Shown: positions 63,284 to 64,000 of the stretch, piece after piece | Position numbering within the stretch: position 1 is the stretch's first letter | Layout: every line of letters begins with the position of its first letter | Assembly (NCBI GenBank): GCA_030390025.1 | Contig: JASTWF010000326.1 | Span: forward strand, 124,001-188,000 | Source: Squalus acanthias | Taxonomy: Eukaryota | DNA length: 64,000 nt | Reading direction: 5' to 3' | The notes under the pieces: generated by a model | Told to the model about the DNA's origin: nothing | Database searches by the model: none | Seen by the model: the letters and a program-made list of their open reading frames with translations, nothing else | Program-made: the position numbers and the translations under genes

Positions 63284-64000
63284 AGAGGGAGGGTGAACAG
63301 CCAGTTGTCGTGGTGCATATAGGTACCAACGATATAGGTAAAAACTGGGATGAGGTCCTAAAAGCTGAATATAGGGAGTTAGGAGGTAAATTAAAAAATA
63401 GGACCTCAAAGGTAGTAATCTCAGGATTGCTACCAGTGCCACGTGCTAGTCAGAGTAGAAATAGAAGGATATTTCAGATGAATACGTGGCTAGAGGAATG
63501 GTGAAAGGGGGAGGGATTCAAATTCCTGGGACATTGGAACCGGTTCTGGGAGAGGTGGGACCAGTACAAACTGGACGGTTTGCACCTGGGCAGGAGCGGG
63601 ACCGATGTCCTAGGGGGAGTGTTTGTTAGTGCTGTTGGGGAGGGTTTAAACTAAAATGGCAGGGGGTTGGGAACCTGTGCAGGGAGACAGAGGAAAGGGA
63701 AGCAAGGATAGAAGCAAAAGACAGGAAGGAGAAAAGCAAAAGTGGCAGTCAGAGAAATCAAGGGTGTAAATCAAACATGGCCACAGTAAATAATAATTCT
63801 AAAAGGTCTAAGAGTGTTAAAAAAACAAGCCTGAAGGCTTTGTGTCTTAATGCGAGGAGCATTCATAATAAGGTGGATGAATTAGCTGCGCAAATAGATG
63901 TAAACGGATATGATATAATTGGGATTACGGAGACATGGCTCCAGGGTGATCAAGGCTGGGAATTCAACATGTAGGGGTATTCAATATTCAGGAAAGACAG
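63284..64000 (+). mobile_element. CR1 ORF1 C-terminus (SGNH esterase-like) and ORF2 start, running off the window
   Basis: VVVHIGTNDIG..KVVISGLLPVP..DGLHL, then LCLNARSIHNKVDEL..IIGITETWL. In-frame stops are present. Confidence 0.93.

Noticed and set aside
1..64000. CRISPR arrays, rRNA, prokaryotic operons or retrons
   Set aside because: No regularly spaced repeats or rRNA motifs. All RT frames are vertebrate non-LTR retrotransposon type.

Overview
Vertebrate genomic DNA, most likely an elasmobranch (shark). This is inferred from the repeat content: CR1 LINEs with ATTTCTTATGTTCTTATG-type tails, DeuSINEs, Neptune-type Penelope elements and GGGC-terminated MITEs. I recognise no host protein-coding exon, so the window looks intronic or intergenic and is dominated by transposons. 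It holds about 15 CR1 fragments (one with an uninterrupted 559-codon RT frame, 54259-55938), L2 and Zenon-like LINE pieces, and three Penelope 3' ends with minimal hammerhead ribozymes. It also holds one clear solo LTR (21253-22142), one probable LTR, several PIF/Harbinger-type MITE families with 3-bp AT(A/C/T) TSDs, and a decayed Myb/SANT gene remnant. The most striking structure is a 1.57-kb palindrome (34139-35705) of two inverted copies of a young CpG-rich MITE. That MITE carries ETS/NRF1/CCAAT/E-box motifs, internal hairpins and four same-strand GGTAAGT splice-donor motifs. Also notable are a tRNA-headed LINE and a five-element nested insertion stack (18931-23748). All family names and counts are by eye, not from database searches.
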